A stretch of 18,539 nt of DNA from Clostridia bacterium (GCA_024404275.1 JAKSQG010000020.1:1-18539); one strand, 5' to 3'; shown: positions 6,914 to 14,698, counted from the stretch's first letter. The notes: generated by a model from the sequence alone, not told the origin. Program-made: numbers and translations.

Positions 6914-8851
6914 ATGTCTGAAAACCAAGTCAAGACCGCTGCCGAGCTCAGCGAGCAGGAGCGCATCCGCCGCGATAAGCTGCAGGCTCTGATGGAAGCC
7001 GGCAGAAATCCCTTTGAGATCACCAAGTTCGATGTGACCCATCACAGCACCGACATTACCGAACATTTCCCCGAAATGGACGGCGTTCAAGTCACCATCG
7101 CCGGCCGCATGATGTTCAAGCGCGTCATGGGCAAGGCCAGTTTCTGCACGCTGCAGGATCTGAAAGGACGAATTCAGGTCTATGTCGCCCGGGATAATGT
7201 GGGTGAAGAAGACTACGCCGATTTCAAAAAATCCGATATCGGTGATATCTATGGTGTCTCCGGCGTTGTCTTCCAGACCCGCACCGGAGAGATCTCCGTT
7301 CATGCGGAAAAAATTGTGCTGCTGACCAAGTCCCTCAAGCCGCTGCCCGAAAAGTTCCACGGCCTGACCGATACCGATACCCGCTATCGTCAGCGTTATG
7401 TGGACCTGATCATGAATCCCGAGGTAAAGGATACCTTCATCAAACGCAGCCTGATCATCAAGGAGATCCGCAAATTCCTGGATGGACGCAACTTCATCGA
7501 GGTGGAAACGCCCACCCTGGTCAGTAACGCAGGCGGTGCCGCTGCCCGCCCCTTCGAAACCCATTACAATGCCCTGGACGAAGATGTTAAGCTGCGCATC
7601 TCTTTGGAATTGTACCTCAAGAGACTGATCGTCGGCGGTCTGGAGCGTGTTTACGAAATCGGCCGCGTGTACCGCAACGAAGGTGTGGACACCCGTCACA
7701 ATCCTGAGTTCACCCTGATGGAACTGTATCAGGCCTACACCGATTATGAGGGCATGATGGAGCTGACCGAAAGCATGTTCCGTCATCTGGCGCAGACGGT
7801 CATCGGTTCCACCCGCTTCAGCTATAACGGAATTGAGATCGATTTCGGCAAGCCCTTTGAGCGTCTGACCATGAACGCCGCCATCCTGAAGTATGCCGGT
7901 GTGGACTTCGACGCCGTGGCTACCGATGAAGAAGCCAAGGCTTTGGCCAAGGAGCATCACATCGAATTTGAAGCGCGCCACACCAAGGGCGACATCGTGA
8001 ACCTCTTCTTCGAAGAGTATTGCGAAAAGAACCTGATCCAGCCCACCTTCATCATGGATCACCCGCTGGCCATCTCTCCCCTGACCAAGAAGAAGCCCTC
8101 CGATCCCACCAAAGTAGAACGCTTCGAGCTGTTCTGCAACACTTGGGAAATGTGCAACGCTTACTCCGAGCTGAACGACCCCATCGACCAGCGTGAGCGT
8201 TTTGCCCAGCAGGATGCCAATGCCGCCGCGGGAGATGAAGAAGCCCAGCACACCGATGAGGACTTCCTCAACGCACTGGAAGTCGGTATGCCCCCCACCG
8301 GCGGTATCGGCTATGGTATCGACCGTCTGGTGATGCTGCTGACAGACAGCGCCGCCATCCGCGATGTGCTGCTCTTCCCCACCATGAAGTCTCAGGGCAC
8401 GGCAAAGAACGAAGCCAACAACGCCGCGCAGGCGATCGCCGCTGCCCCCGCAGCCCCGGTTGCGGAAGAAAAGATCGATTTCAGCAAGGTGGAGATCGAG
8501 CCGCTGTTTGCCGATTATGTTGATTTCGACACCTTCAGCAAGAGCGATTTCCGCGCCGTAAAGGTGAAGGCTTGCGAAGCCGTAAAGAAGAGCAAAAAGC
8601 TGCTTCAGTTCACCCTGGATGACGGCACCGGCACCGACCGCACCATTCTTTCCGGCATTCATGCTTTCTATGAGCCGGAAGAGCTGGTTGGAAAGACCCT
8701 GCTCGCCATCACCAACCTGCCGCCCCGCCCCATGATGGGCATCGAATCCTGCGGCATGCTGATCTCCGCGATCCATACCGAGGAAGGCGAAGAAAAGCTG
8801 CATCTGCTGATGCTGGATAACCACATTCCGGCCGGCGCCAAGATGTACTGA
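6914..8851 (+). CDS. lysS: lysine--tRNA ligase (class II) with an extra C-terminal Trbp111/EMAPII-like tRNA-binding domain
   Basis: Class II motifs are present: FIEVETP, ERVYEIGRVYRNEGVDTRHNPEFT and GGIGYGIDRLVMLL. RBS GAAGGAG sits 4 nt after the greA stop. The last ~130 aa (DFRAVKVKACEAVKKSKKLLQFTLDDGTG...SGIHAFYEPEELVGKTLLAITNLPPRPMMGIESCGMLIS) match the OB-fold tRNA-binding domain known from the MetRS C-terminus, CsaA and Trbp111. Confidence 0.97.
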   Translation: MSENQVKTAAELSEQERIRRDKLQALMEAGRNPFEITKFDVTHHSTDITEHFPEMDGVQVTIAGRMMFKRVMGKASFCTLQDLKGRIQVYVARDNVGEEDYADFKKSDIGDIYGVSGVVFQTRTGEISVHAEKIVLLTKSLKPLPEKFHGLTDTDTRYRQRYVDLIMNPEVKDTFIKRSLIIKEIRKFLDGRNFIEVETPTLVSNAGGAAARPFETHYNALDEDVKLRISLELYLKRLIVGGLERVYEIGRVYRNEGVDTRHNPEFTLMELYQAYTDYEGMMELTESMFRHLAQTVIGSTRFSYNGIEIDFGKPFERLTMNAAILKYAGVDFDAVATDEEAKALAKEHHIEFEARHTKGDIVNLFFEEYCEKNLIQPTFIMDHPLAISPLTKKKPSDPTKVERFELFCNTWEMCNAYSELNDPIDQRERFAQQDANAAAGDEEAQHTDEDFLNALEVGMPPTGGIGYGIDRLVMLLTDSAAIRDVLLFPTMKSQGTAKNEANNAAQAIAAAPAAPVAEEKIDFSKVEIEPLFADYVDFDTFSKSDFRAVKVKACEAVKKSKKLLQFTLDDGTGTDRTILSGIHAFYEPEELVGKTLLAITNLPPRPMMGIESCGMLISAIHTEEGEEKLHLLMLDNHIPAGAKMY

Positions 8852-8888
8852 TTATCGTCCTGTCATCCTCTTCGTACATCAACTATCG

Positions 8889-8919
8889 GCCCTGCAGAGA
8901 TTTCTGCAGGGCTGTTTTT
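8889..8919 (+). terminator. intrinsic terminator after lysS
   Basis: GCCCTGCAGA (8889-8898), loop GATT, TCTGCAGGGC (8903-8912), then TGTTTTT. The stem is a perfect 10 bp. Confidence 0.85.
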
Positions 8920-8946
8920 CAAAATCTGTCAGGAAGTAATCTGCCA

Positions 8947-9264
8947 ATGCCATCCGATAAAAGCTACCTTGATTTCATTCTGGAGCAGCTCTCCGGTCTG
9001 GAGGGTCTCTCGTTCAAGCCCATGATGGGGGAGTTCATTCTCTATTATCGTCAAAAAATCATCGGCGGCATCTATGATAACCGCTTTCTGGTAAAGCCCA
9101 TCCCCGCCGCAGTGAAACTGATGCCGCAGGCCTCCCTTGAGATTCCCTATGAAGGCGCAAAAGCCATGCTTCTGGTGGATTGCGTAGACAATAGAGAGTC
9201 GATGCGGCATCTGATTGAAAGCATGTATGACGAGCTTCCGCTTCCCACAAAAAAGAAAGGATGA
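8947..9264 (+). CDS. TfoX N-terminal domain-like small protein
   Basis: 105 aa. YLDFILEQLSGL...FKPMMGEFILYYRQKIIGGIYDNRFLVK matches the stand-alone TfoX/Sxy N-domain pattern as I recall it. No HMM search was possible. Confidence 0.65.
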   Translation: MPSDKSYLDFILEQLSGLEGLSFKPMMGEFILYYRQKIIGGIYDNRFLVKPIPAAVKLMPQASLEIPYEGAKAMLLVDCVDNRESMRHLIESMYDELPLPTKKKG

Positions 9265-10196
9265 TTCCATTGTTCAGCCTCATCAGCACCTGGAAAATGA
9301 GTCTTGCCGGCATGGAAGACGCCGTTCGCGTCCGTGCCGCCGGCGGCAGTATCGATGACGCGCTGATTGCCGCCATCACCGCTACCGAGGATAACCCTGC
9401 ATTTTCTTCCGTCGGCTACGGCGGACTACCCGCCAAAGACGGCCATGTCTATTTGGACAGCGGTTTCATGGATGGAGATACGCTGCGGTGCGGCTGTGTC
9501 GTTTCCGCCGAGAACCTCAAAAACCCCATTCTGGCGGCACAGCTGCTGTGTGGGCGCACCTATAACTGCGTATTGGCAGGGCATGGTGCCGAGAATTTTG
9601 CCGTTTCCGCCGGTCTGCCGCTCAGAGATATGCGTACCGCCTCATCGACCGAAGAATGGAAAAAGCGTATCGCCGTCGAAAAAGAAACCGCCGTGCTGGA
9701 TGCCTACCGTGAACATGACACCGTCTGCGTGCTCGGTCTGGATGAAAAGGGCAGAATGATCAGCGGTACCTCCACCTCGGGTCTTTTCATGAAGGAGCCC
9801 GGTCGTGTGGGCGATTCCCCCATCATCGGCTCGGGCTTCTACTGTGACAGCCGCTATGGTGCGGCTGCCGCAACCGGTGTAGGCGAGGATATCATGCGCG
9901 GCTGCCTGTCTTATGAAATCGTTTCCCGCATGAAGCACGGTGCTTCCGCTGTTGAAGCTGCCGAAAGCGCTCTGAAGGAATTCTCCGACCATAAGCTGGT
10001 ATTGGATGGCGACCGCGGTTCCATCAGCGTCATCGCCCTTGCTCCCGACGGTTCTTTCGGTGCGGCCACCACGCTGCCTGTTTTCCCCTTTGTCGTCGCG
10101 GGCGAGAACGGCGCACAGCTGTATGCTGTACGCAATGAAAACGAAAAATCCGTCATTCTTCCCGTCACTTTGGAAGAGATCAAAAACGAACCGTGA
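9261..10196 (+). CDS. Ntn-hydrolase of the asparaginase_2 family, glycosylasparaginase (N4-(beta-N-acetylglucosaminyl)-L-asparaginase)-like
   Basis: ISTW near the N-terminus. Also SVGYGGLPAKDGHVYLDSGFMDG, LAGHGAENFA, the autoproteolysis/nucleophile site HDTVCVLGLD, and RVGDSPIIGSGFY. ATGA overlap with the preceding gene. No signal peptide. Confidence 0.8.
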   Translation: MIPLFSLISTWKMSLAGMEDAVRVRAAGGSIDDALIAAITATEDNPAFSSVGYGGLPAKDGHVYLDSGFMDGDTLRCGCVVSAENLKNPILAAQLLCGRTYNCVLAGHGAENFAVSAGLPLRDMRTASSTEEWKKRIAVEKETAVLDAYREHDTVCVLGLDEKGRMISGTSTSGLFMKEPGRVGDSPIIGSGFYCDSRYGAAAATGVGEDIMRGCLSYEIVSRMKHGASAVEAAESALKEFSDHKLVLDGDRGSISVIALAPDGSFGAATTLPVFPFVVAGENGAQLYAVRNENEKSVILPVTLEEIKNEP

Positions 10197-11149
10197 TGAA
10201 AAAGCTGTACTTTGCGCCCATGGAGGGAATCACCGATGCCGTGTTCCGCCGCGTTCATCACGAATGCTTTCCTTCGGTCAACGCCTACTATATCCCCTTT
10301 ATCAGCCCTACCCAGCACCTGTCGCTGAACGGGCGTGAAAAGCGTAATGTCCTTCCCGAATACAATCGCGGTGTTCCCTGTGTGCCGCAGGTGCTGACCC
10401 GCGACCCGCAGCATTTTTTGTGGGCGGCTCAGCTGCTGGCTGATATGGGCTATACTGAGGTCAACCTGAACGCCGGCTGCCCCTCGGGTACAGTGACCGC
10501 CAAAGGAAAGGGCGCAGGCATGCTCCGGGATGCCGAAGCATTGGCGCGTTTTCTGGATGCCGTCTGCACAGCCAGTCCCCTGCCCATCTCTGTCAAAACA
10601 CGCATCGGCTTTGATACTCCCGAGGAATGGGAAACGCTGCTTTCCATCTATTGCCGCTATCCCATTCAGCAATTGATCGTCCATCCCCGCACCAATCGGG
10701 AACGCTATTGCCCCGGGACCGTACATCCGGATTGCATCACCGCCGCGCTCAGCATGTTTCCCGGTGAGGTCGTTGTAAACGGTGACCTGTTCACACCGGA
10801 TGAAGTCAACGCCGCTTCCGGCAGTTCCGTCATGCTGGGCAGAGGGCTCATTGCCAACCCTGCCCTCGCCAGAATGGCTTTGGGCGGTGAAAAACTGACC
10901 GTGGAAGAGCTGGTGCACTATCATGACGCGCTGCTTCAGGGACTTTCCGACTGGTATGAACCAAATATCGTGTTCATGAAACTGCGCGTCATCATGAAGC
11001 ACATCGCCTGCTGTTTTGAGGATGCCGCATCCGCCGCCAAAAAGATCCGTAAGGCGCGTAATCTTTCGGCGCTGCTGGAAGCTGACCGGCAGCTTCTGCA
11101 GGAGCATACGCTTCTGCCTCTCCCCTGTTTCGATCCCACCGAGCCCTGA
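10196..11149 (+). CDS. tRNA-dihydrouridine synthase family protein
   Basis: LYFAPMEGITDAVFRR, NLNAGCPSGTVTAKGKGAGML (catalytic Cys), ISVKTRIG, and GRGLIANPAL. The ATG at 10196 overlaps the upstream TGA (TGATG). A GTG at 10193 is an alternative start. Confidence 0.9.
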   Translation: MKKLYFAPMEGITDAVFRRVHHECFPSVNAYYIPFISPTQHLSLNGREKRNVLPEYNRGVPCVPQVLTRDPQHFLWAAQLLADMGYTEVNLNAGCPSGTVTAKGKGAGMLRDAEALARFLDAVCTASPLPISVKTRIGFDTPEEWETLLSIYCRYPIQQLIVHPRTNRERYCPGTVHPDCITAALSMFPGEVVVNGDLFTPDEVNAASGSSVMLGRGLIANPALARMALGGEKLTVEELVHYHDALLQGLSDWYEPNIVFMKLRVIMKHIACCFEDAASAAKKIRKARNLSALLEADRQLLQEHTLLPLPCFDPTEP

Positions 11150-11170
11150 CAAATACAAGGAGCGTGCGTC

Positions 11171-11599
11171 ATGTATTATTCCCCGCTTGTCCTCAAAGCC
11201 AGCCGCATCATGTTTGAAGCCCATCGGAACGATGTCGACAAAGGCGGCTACCCCTATGTATTCCATCCCTATCATCTGGCTTCTCAGATGGACGATGAAG
11301 CCTCAGTGTGCGTGGCGCTCCTTCACGATGTCATCGAAGACCATTCTGACCTGTACAGCTTTGAATCGTTGCGATAGGAAGGCTTCGGCGAAGATATTCT
11401 GACAGCGTTGAAGCTGCTGACCCATCCGGCGGGCGTTCCCTATATGGATTACATCCGGCTGATTGCCGAAAACCCCATTGCAAAGAAAGTCAAGATGGCC
11501 GACCTTGAACACAATATGGATACCCGAAGGGTCGGCAACGTCAAAACCAGGAAATACGATACCTATGTTGAAGCGCTCAATTACCTGCAGAACAGCTGA
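11171..11599 (+). pseudogene. HD-domain (RelA/SpoT-type hydrolase fold, small-alarmone-hydrolase-like) gene interrupted by a single in-frame TAG at 11375-11377
   Basis: Track ORFs 11171-11377 and 11408-11599 are in the same frame. Read through, the sequence is ...VALLHDVIEDHSDLYSFESLR-TAG-EGFGEDILTALKLLTHPAGVPYMDYIRLIAENPIAKKVKMADLEHNMDTRR..., one continuous HD_4-like domain (HD...ADLxHN). The second ORF's 'M' is really a TTG Leu codon inside TALKLL. It is a pseudogene under code 11; an alternative reading is given in the findings. Confidence 0.75.
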
Positions 11600-11610
11600 A
11601 TTCAAATCAA

Positions 11611-11651
11611 AAGGACCCGCCGATGAGAATCACTTCTCAAGGCGGGTCCTT
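11611..11651. terminator. bidirectional intrinsic terminator between the HD gene and lrgB (convergent)
   Basis: AAGGACCCGCC (11611-11621) pairs with GGCGGGTCCTT (11641-11651). An inner GAGAA-TCAC-TTCTC helix lies between them. The element is A-rich upstream and T-containing downstream. Confidence 0.7.
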
Positions 11652-11662
11652 AACTTATTCTG

Positions 11663-12355
11663 TTACAGCAGCTGTGCAAACAGCGGGGCTACGACCACCG
11701 TCAGCAAGCCGGCAACGGCAATGGACAGGCTGCTCATGGCGCCTTCCGTTTCACCCATCTGCATCGCACGGGCGGTGCCTACAGCATGGGAGGCGGAACC
11801 GATGGCAATGCCCTTGGCAATCGGCTCAGTGATGCGGAACAGTCGGCACAGCATCGGCGCTGTGATGTTACCCAGCAAGCCGGTCACAATGATCGAAGCC
11901 ACGGTCAGGGTGACATTGCCTCCCAGCTCCTCGGACACGCCCATACCGATGGCCGTTGTGATGGATTTGGGCAGCAGCGTCACATAGGCGGTATGGCTGA
12001 TACGCAGCAGTGCCCCCAACGCCAGAATGCACACCATGGTGGTCAGCACGCCGGTCAGAATGCCCAGCAGGATGGCTTTGGCATTCTTCTTCAGCAGCCC
12101 CAGCTTTTCATACAGCGGAAGCGCCAGACAAATGGTGGCGGGAGTCAGCAGATAGCTCAGATACTTGGCTCCGGCATTGTAACCATCATAAGGAATTTGG
12201 AAGACCGCCAGCAGCACCATTGTCAGCACGATGGCCACAAGCAAGGGATTAAACAGCGGAAAGCGCGTCTTTTTATACAGAATCGCACCGGCCTGATAGG
12301 CCAGCAGACTGACTGCCAGACCGAAGAATGCGGACGTACTCACAAAGGCACTCAT
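11663..12355 (-). CDS. lrgB: LrgB/CidB family membrane protein
   Basis: 230 aa and polytopic. Contains the family signature GIAIGSASHAVGTARAMQMGE. ATGA overlap with lrgA. Confidence 0.85.
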   Translation of the reverse strand: MSAFVSTSAFFGLAVSLLAYQAGAILYKKTRFPLFNPLLVAIVLTMVLLAVFQIPYDGYNAGAKYLSYLLTPATICLALPLYEKLGLLKKNAKAILLGILTGVLTTMVCILALGALLRISHTAYVTLLPKSITTAIGMGVSEELGGNVTLTVASIIVTGLLGNITAPMLCRLFRITEPIAKGIAIGSASHAVGTARAMQMGETEGAMSSLSIAVAGLLTVVVAPLFAQLL

Positions 12356-12714
12356 ACCTGTTCCTCCTTGCTCTTCTTTTCAGCGCGGATCACTGCCTGC
12401 GTGACAAGGCCGGAAGCACCGAACACCAGTGCAGTGGAAACCACAATGATGATCAGCATTGGCACAAGGTCAGCCGTGTTTCCGGATTCCAGAAGGCCCA
12501 CCGCCGCCGGGATAAACATCATCGGCATGATCTCTATCAAAAAGGATGCCGTTTCGCGGATCTGTTCCGGCTTGATGATTTTCAAGCAAAGAGCGATCAG
12601 CAGCAGCAGCATACCATAGATACTGCCCGGAACAGGCAGCGGGATCAGGTAATGCAATCCTTCTCCAATCAGGGCAAGCAGCGTAATGATGCTGAACTGC
12701 CGGACGATCTTCAT
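12352..12714 (-). CDS. lrgA: LrgA/CidA holin-like family membrane protein
   Basis: About 120 aa with 4 predicted TM segments. Contains LPVPGSIYGMLLLLIAL. The start is placed at ATG 12714 (RBS AGGAGG 7 nt upstream). The track start at 12720 is a TTG. Confidence 0.8.
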   Translation of the reverse strand: MKIVRQFSIITLLALIGEGLHYLIPLPVPGSIYGMLLLLIALCLKIIKPEQIRETASFLIEIMPMMFIPAAVGLLESGNTADLVPMLIIIVVSTALVFGASGLVTQAVIRAEKKSKEEQV

Positions 12715-12737
12715 GTCCAAGCCTCCTAATCTGTCAA

Positions 12738-13826
12738 TCAGAGCATCTGATAAACCGCTTCATGCAGGCGGGCCAGGCTTTCCTCACCCGGGGCTACATA
12801 GGGAGAATCGATCAGATACGCCTCGATCTTCGCCATATTCTCATCGGTACCGGGGATGCCCAGCTCTTCCCAGGTCAGGGGCATATCCATGCCGCGCATG
12901 AACTCCTTCAGGGCTTCCTTCTCGGCGCTCAGCTGATTGTAATGCAGCTGGGCAAACAGGCCGACCGCCACGATCTCGCCATGCAGCGCCTGGCTGGCTT
13001 CCTTGGTGAAGAGCGTACGCACGCCGTCATACATGGAATGGGCAATGGCGGACTGGCTGAAGCTCTTGGTAATGTTGGCGATCACACCGGTCACGGCAAT
13101 GTTGATGAAGATCACATCCTCCAGCGCCTTGGTGACCTGATGATGACGGTTGTCTTCAATGGCCTGAGGGCCAAACTTTTCCAGCACCTCATAGGTGTAT
13201 TCAGCCATACGGAAAGCGGTGAACAGGTCATACTTGTTCTCCTCCAGACGCATCACGGGCTTGCCGTTCTGAATCTCAATGCGCTTGGCCATGGCATCCA
13301 GGATACCGGCGGCGTTGTAACGGATGGGGCAATCGGCGATGACCTGAGAGTCCACCAGCACAGCGTCCAGCTCATGCTCATAACGCCAGCAATCCAGCTT
13401 GCCGCCTTCGGGGGTGTACATCACGCTCATGCAGGTAAAAGGAGCGCAGGTGGACATGGAGGTGGGCACATTTACCACGCCCACACCGGCGTATTCCGCC
13501 ACAGCCTTGGCAAAGTCCATGATTTTGCCGCCGCCCACACCGATGACCTCGTCGCAGCCCATTTCCTTGCACTTATCGGCATATTCCTTGGCGCTCTCAT
13601 AGCTGCACCAGCCTTCGTAGATGGCTACTTCATAACGCACTTCGGCCTTTTCCAGGCTGGCGGTCAGACGGTCCTTCACAGCAGCAAAGGCACGGGGACC
13701 CGCCACGATCATCACATGCTTGCCAAAGCGTGCAACCTCACCGCCGACTTCCTCCAGAATGCCAACGCCCTGACGATAACGGCCGGCGCCGAACTTGATC
13801 GCAGTGTCCAGTACAATACGCTCCAT
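12738..13826 (-). CDS. iron-containing alcohol dehydrogenase superfamily protein, glycerol dehydrogenase (GldA)-like
   Basis: 362 aa. Contains GVGGGKIMDFAKAVA (NAD-binding loop) and putative metal ligands in AAGILDAMAK, AIAHSMYDG and ALHGEIVAVG. The start is placed at ATG 13826 (RBS GGAGGG). The upstream 31 codons of the track ORF have no RBS. Confidence 0.85.
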   Translation of the reverse strand: MERIVLDTAIKFGAGRYRQGVGILEEVGGEVARFGKHVMIVAGPRAFAAVKDRLTASLEKAEVRYEVAIYEGWCSYESAKEYADKCKEMGCDEVIGVGGGKIMDFAKAVAEYAGVGVVNVPTSMSTCAPFTCMSVMYTPEGGKLDCWRYEHELDAVLVDSQVIADCPIRYNAAGILDAMAKRIEIQNGKPVMRLEENKYDLFTAFRMAEYTYEVLEKFGPQAIEDNRHHQVTKALEDVIFINIAVTGVIANITKSFSQSAIAHSMYDGVRTLFTKEASQALHGEIVAVGLFAQLHYNQLSAEKEALKEFMRGMDMPLTWEELGIPGTDENMAKIEAYLIDSPYVAPGEESLARLHEAVYQML

Positions 13827-13871
13827 AATTGATTCCCTCCTGCAGCTTTGCTGCGGTATTTTGTTGAATCG

Positions 13872-13912
13872 ATTATAAATCGCTTTCACGGACATTTCCA
13901 CAGGTTGTCCGT
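13872..13912 (-). promoter_or_regulatory. candidate promoter of the dehydrogenase-lrgAB unit with a 7-bp inverted repeat bracketing the -35
   Basis: On the minus strand, TATAAT lies at 13877-13872 and TGGAAA at 13900-13895, with a 17-nt spacer. ACGGACA (13888-13894) and TGTCCGT (13906-13912) flank the -35 hexamer. Confidence 0.35.
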
Positions 13913-13963
13913 TTTTCAAACTTGTATGGTATGTTTATTTCAATTTCAGACAAATTTGTATGT

Positions 13964-14698
13964 TCATTTATCTGTCTGCAGATTGGTCCTGCTTCGGATG
14001 AACCTTTCACGGATAACGCTCAGATGATACTGCATCAGGTCATAGGCATCCGCTCCTCGACGGTCCGCAATGGCTTCCGCAATGCGGCGATGCTCCACTG
14101 CGGTATCCTCCCTTCGCTTTCTGGGAGCAATCCGGGCTGTCAGGCGCTGCATCTGATGAATATAGGGAATCAGGTTTGGCACCACCAGATTACCGCTGCA
14201 ATTGGCAATGGCCTGATGAAACTCCATATCCTTCTGCACATACCCCTGTCCGGAAGCCACCAGCTTATCAAACTCATCGCAGATGTGCATCAGCACTTCC
14301 ACATCATGACGTCTGGCATTCTGTGCCGCCAGCAAGGCGCATTTGGGTTCAATCAGCATACGCATGTCCAACAGGTCCAGCGCCAGCTTGCTTTTGTCAT
14401 AGATCACGCTCAGCCCCAGCGGATCATATTCTGTTTCATTCTCTTTCCGAAAATCCGCCACAAAGGTCCCCGAACCGCGTTCGGTATACACGATCCCGCG
14501 TTCCCGCAGGATACCCAGCGCCAGGCGCAGTGTGGAACGGCTGACTTCAAATCGTTCAGCCAGTTCCGGCTCATTGGGCAGTTTCGCCCCCACACGATAG
14601 TTTTCGCTGTGCAGCATATTGATCAGCGTGTCTGCCGTTCTTTCCGGCAGGGATTTGCGGTTAACAGGATCTCTCGGGTTTTGCACAATAAACCTCAC
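13964..14698 (-). CDS. GntR family transcriptional regulator, FadR subfamily (FCD C-terminal domain)
   Basis: The winged HTH is LPNEPELAERFEVSRSTLRLALGILRERGIVYTERGSGTFV. The C-terminal half is all-helical. The GTG start at 14698 overlaps the LysR stop (GTGA). GTG 14686 with GAGG 6 nt upstream is an equally plausible start. Confidence 0.9.
   Translation of the reverse strand: MRFIVQNPRDPVNRKSLPERTADTLINMLHSENYRVGAKLPNEPELAERFEVSRSTLRLALGILRERGIVYTERGSGTFVADFRKENETEYDPLGLSVIYDKSKLALDLLDMRMLIEPKCALLAAQNARRHDVEVLMHICDEFDKLVASGQGYVQKDMEFHQAIANCSGNLVVPNLIPYIHQMQRLTARIAPRKRREDTAVEHRRIAEAIADRRGADAYDLMQYHLSVIRERFIRSRTNLQTDK

Noticed and set aside
6863-8824. 653-aa minus-strand ORF
   Set aside because: It is a codon-aligned antisense shadow of lysS with the same compositional signature. 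lysS itself has all class II synthetase motifs.
5339-11420. PYLIS-like or other strong recoding hairpins downstream of the two TAG codons
   Set aside because: Only 4-bp helices are available: GGAC...GTCC after 5338 and CTTC-GGC-GAAG after 11377. Nothing is convincing, so no structural recoding signal is claimed.
11408-11599. 63-aa ORF as an independent gene
   Set aside because: Its start is a TTG Leu codon inside the conserved TALKLLTH segment. It has no RBS and is in frame with 11171-11377. It is the C-terminal half of the HD-domain gene.
13950-13959. Palindrome ACAAATTTGT just after the GntR stop, and TTGTATG direct repeats (13922-13928, 13955-13961), as GntR operators
   Set aside because: The orientation is AC..GT rather than the GT-Nx-AC core usual for GntR/FadR operators. 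The sequences are short and AT-rich, so chance occurrence is likely.
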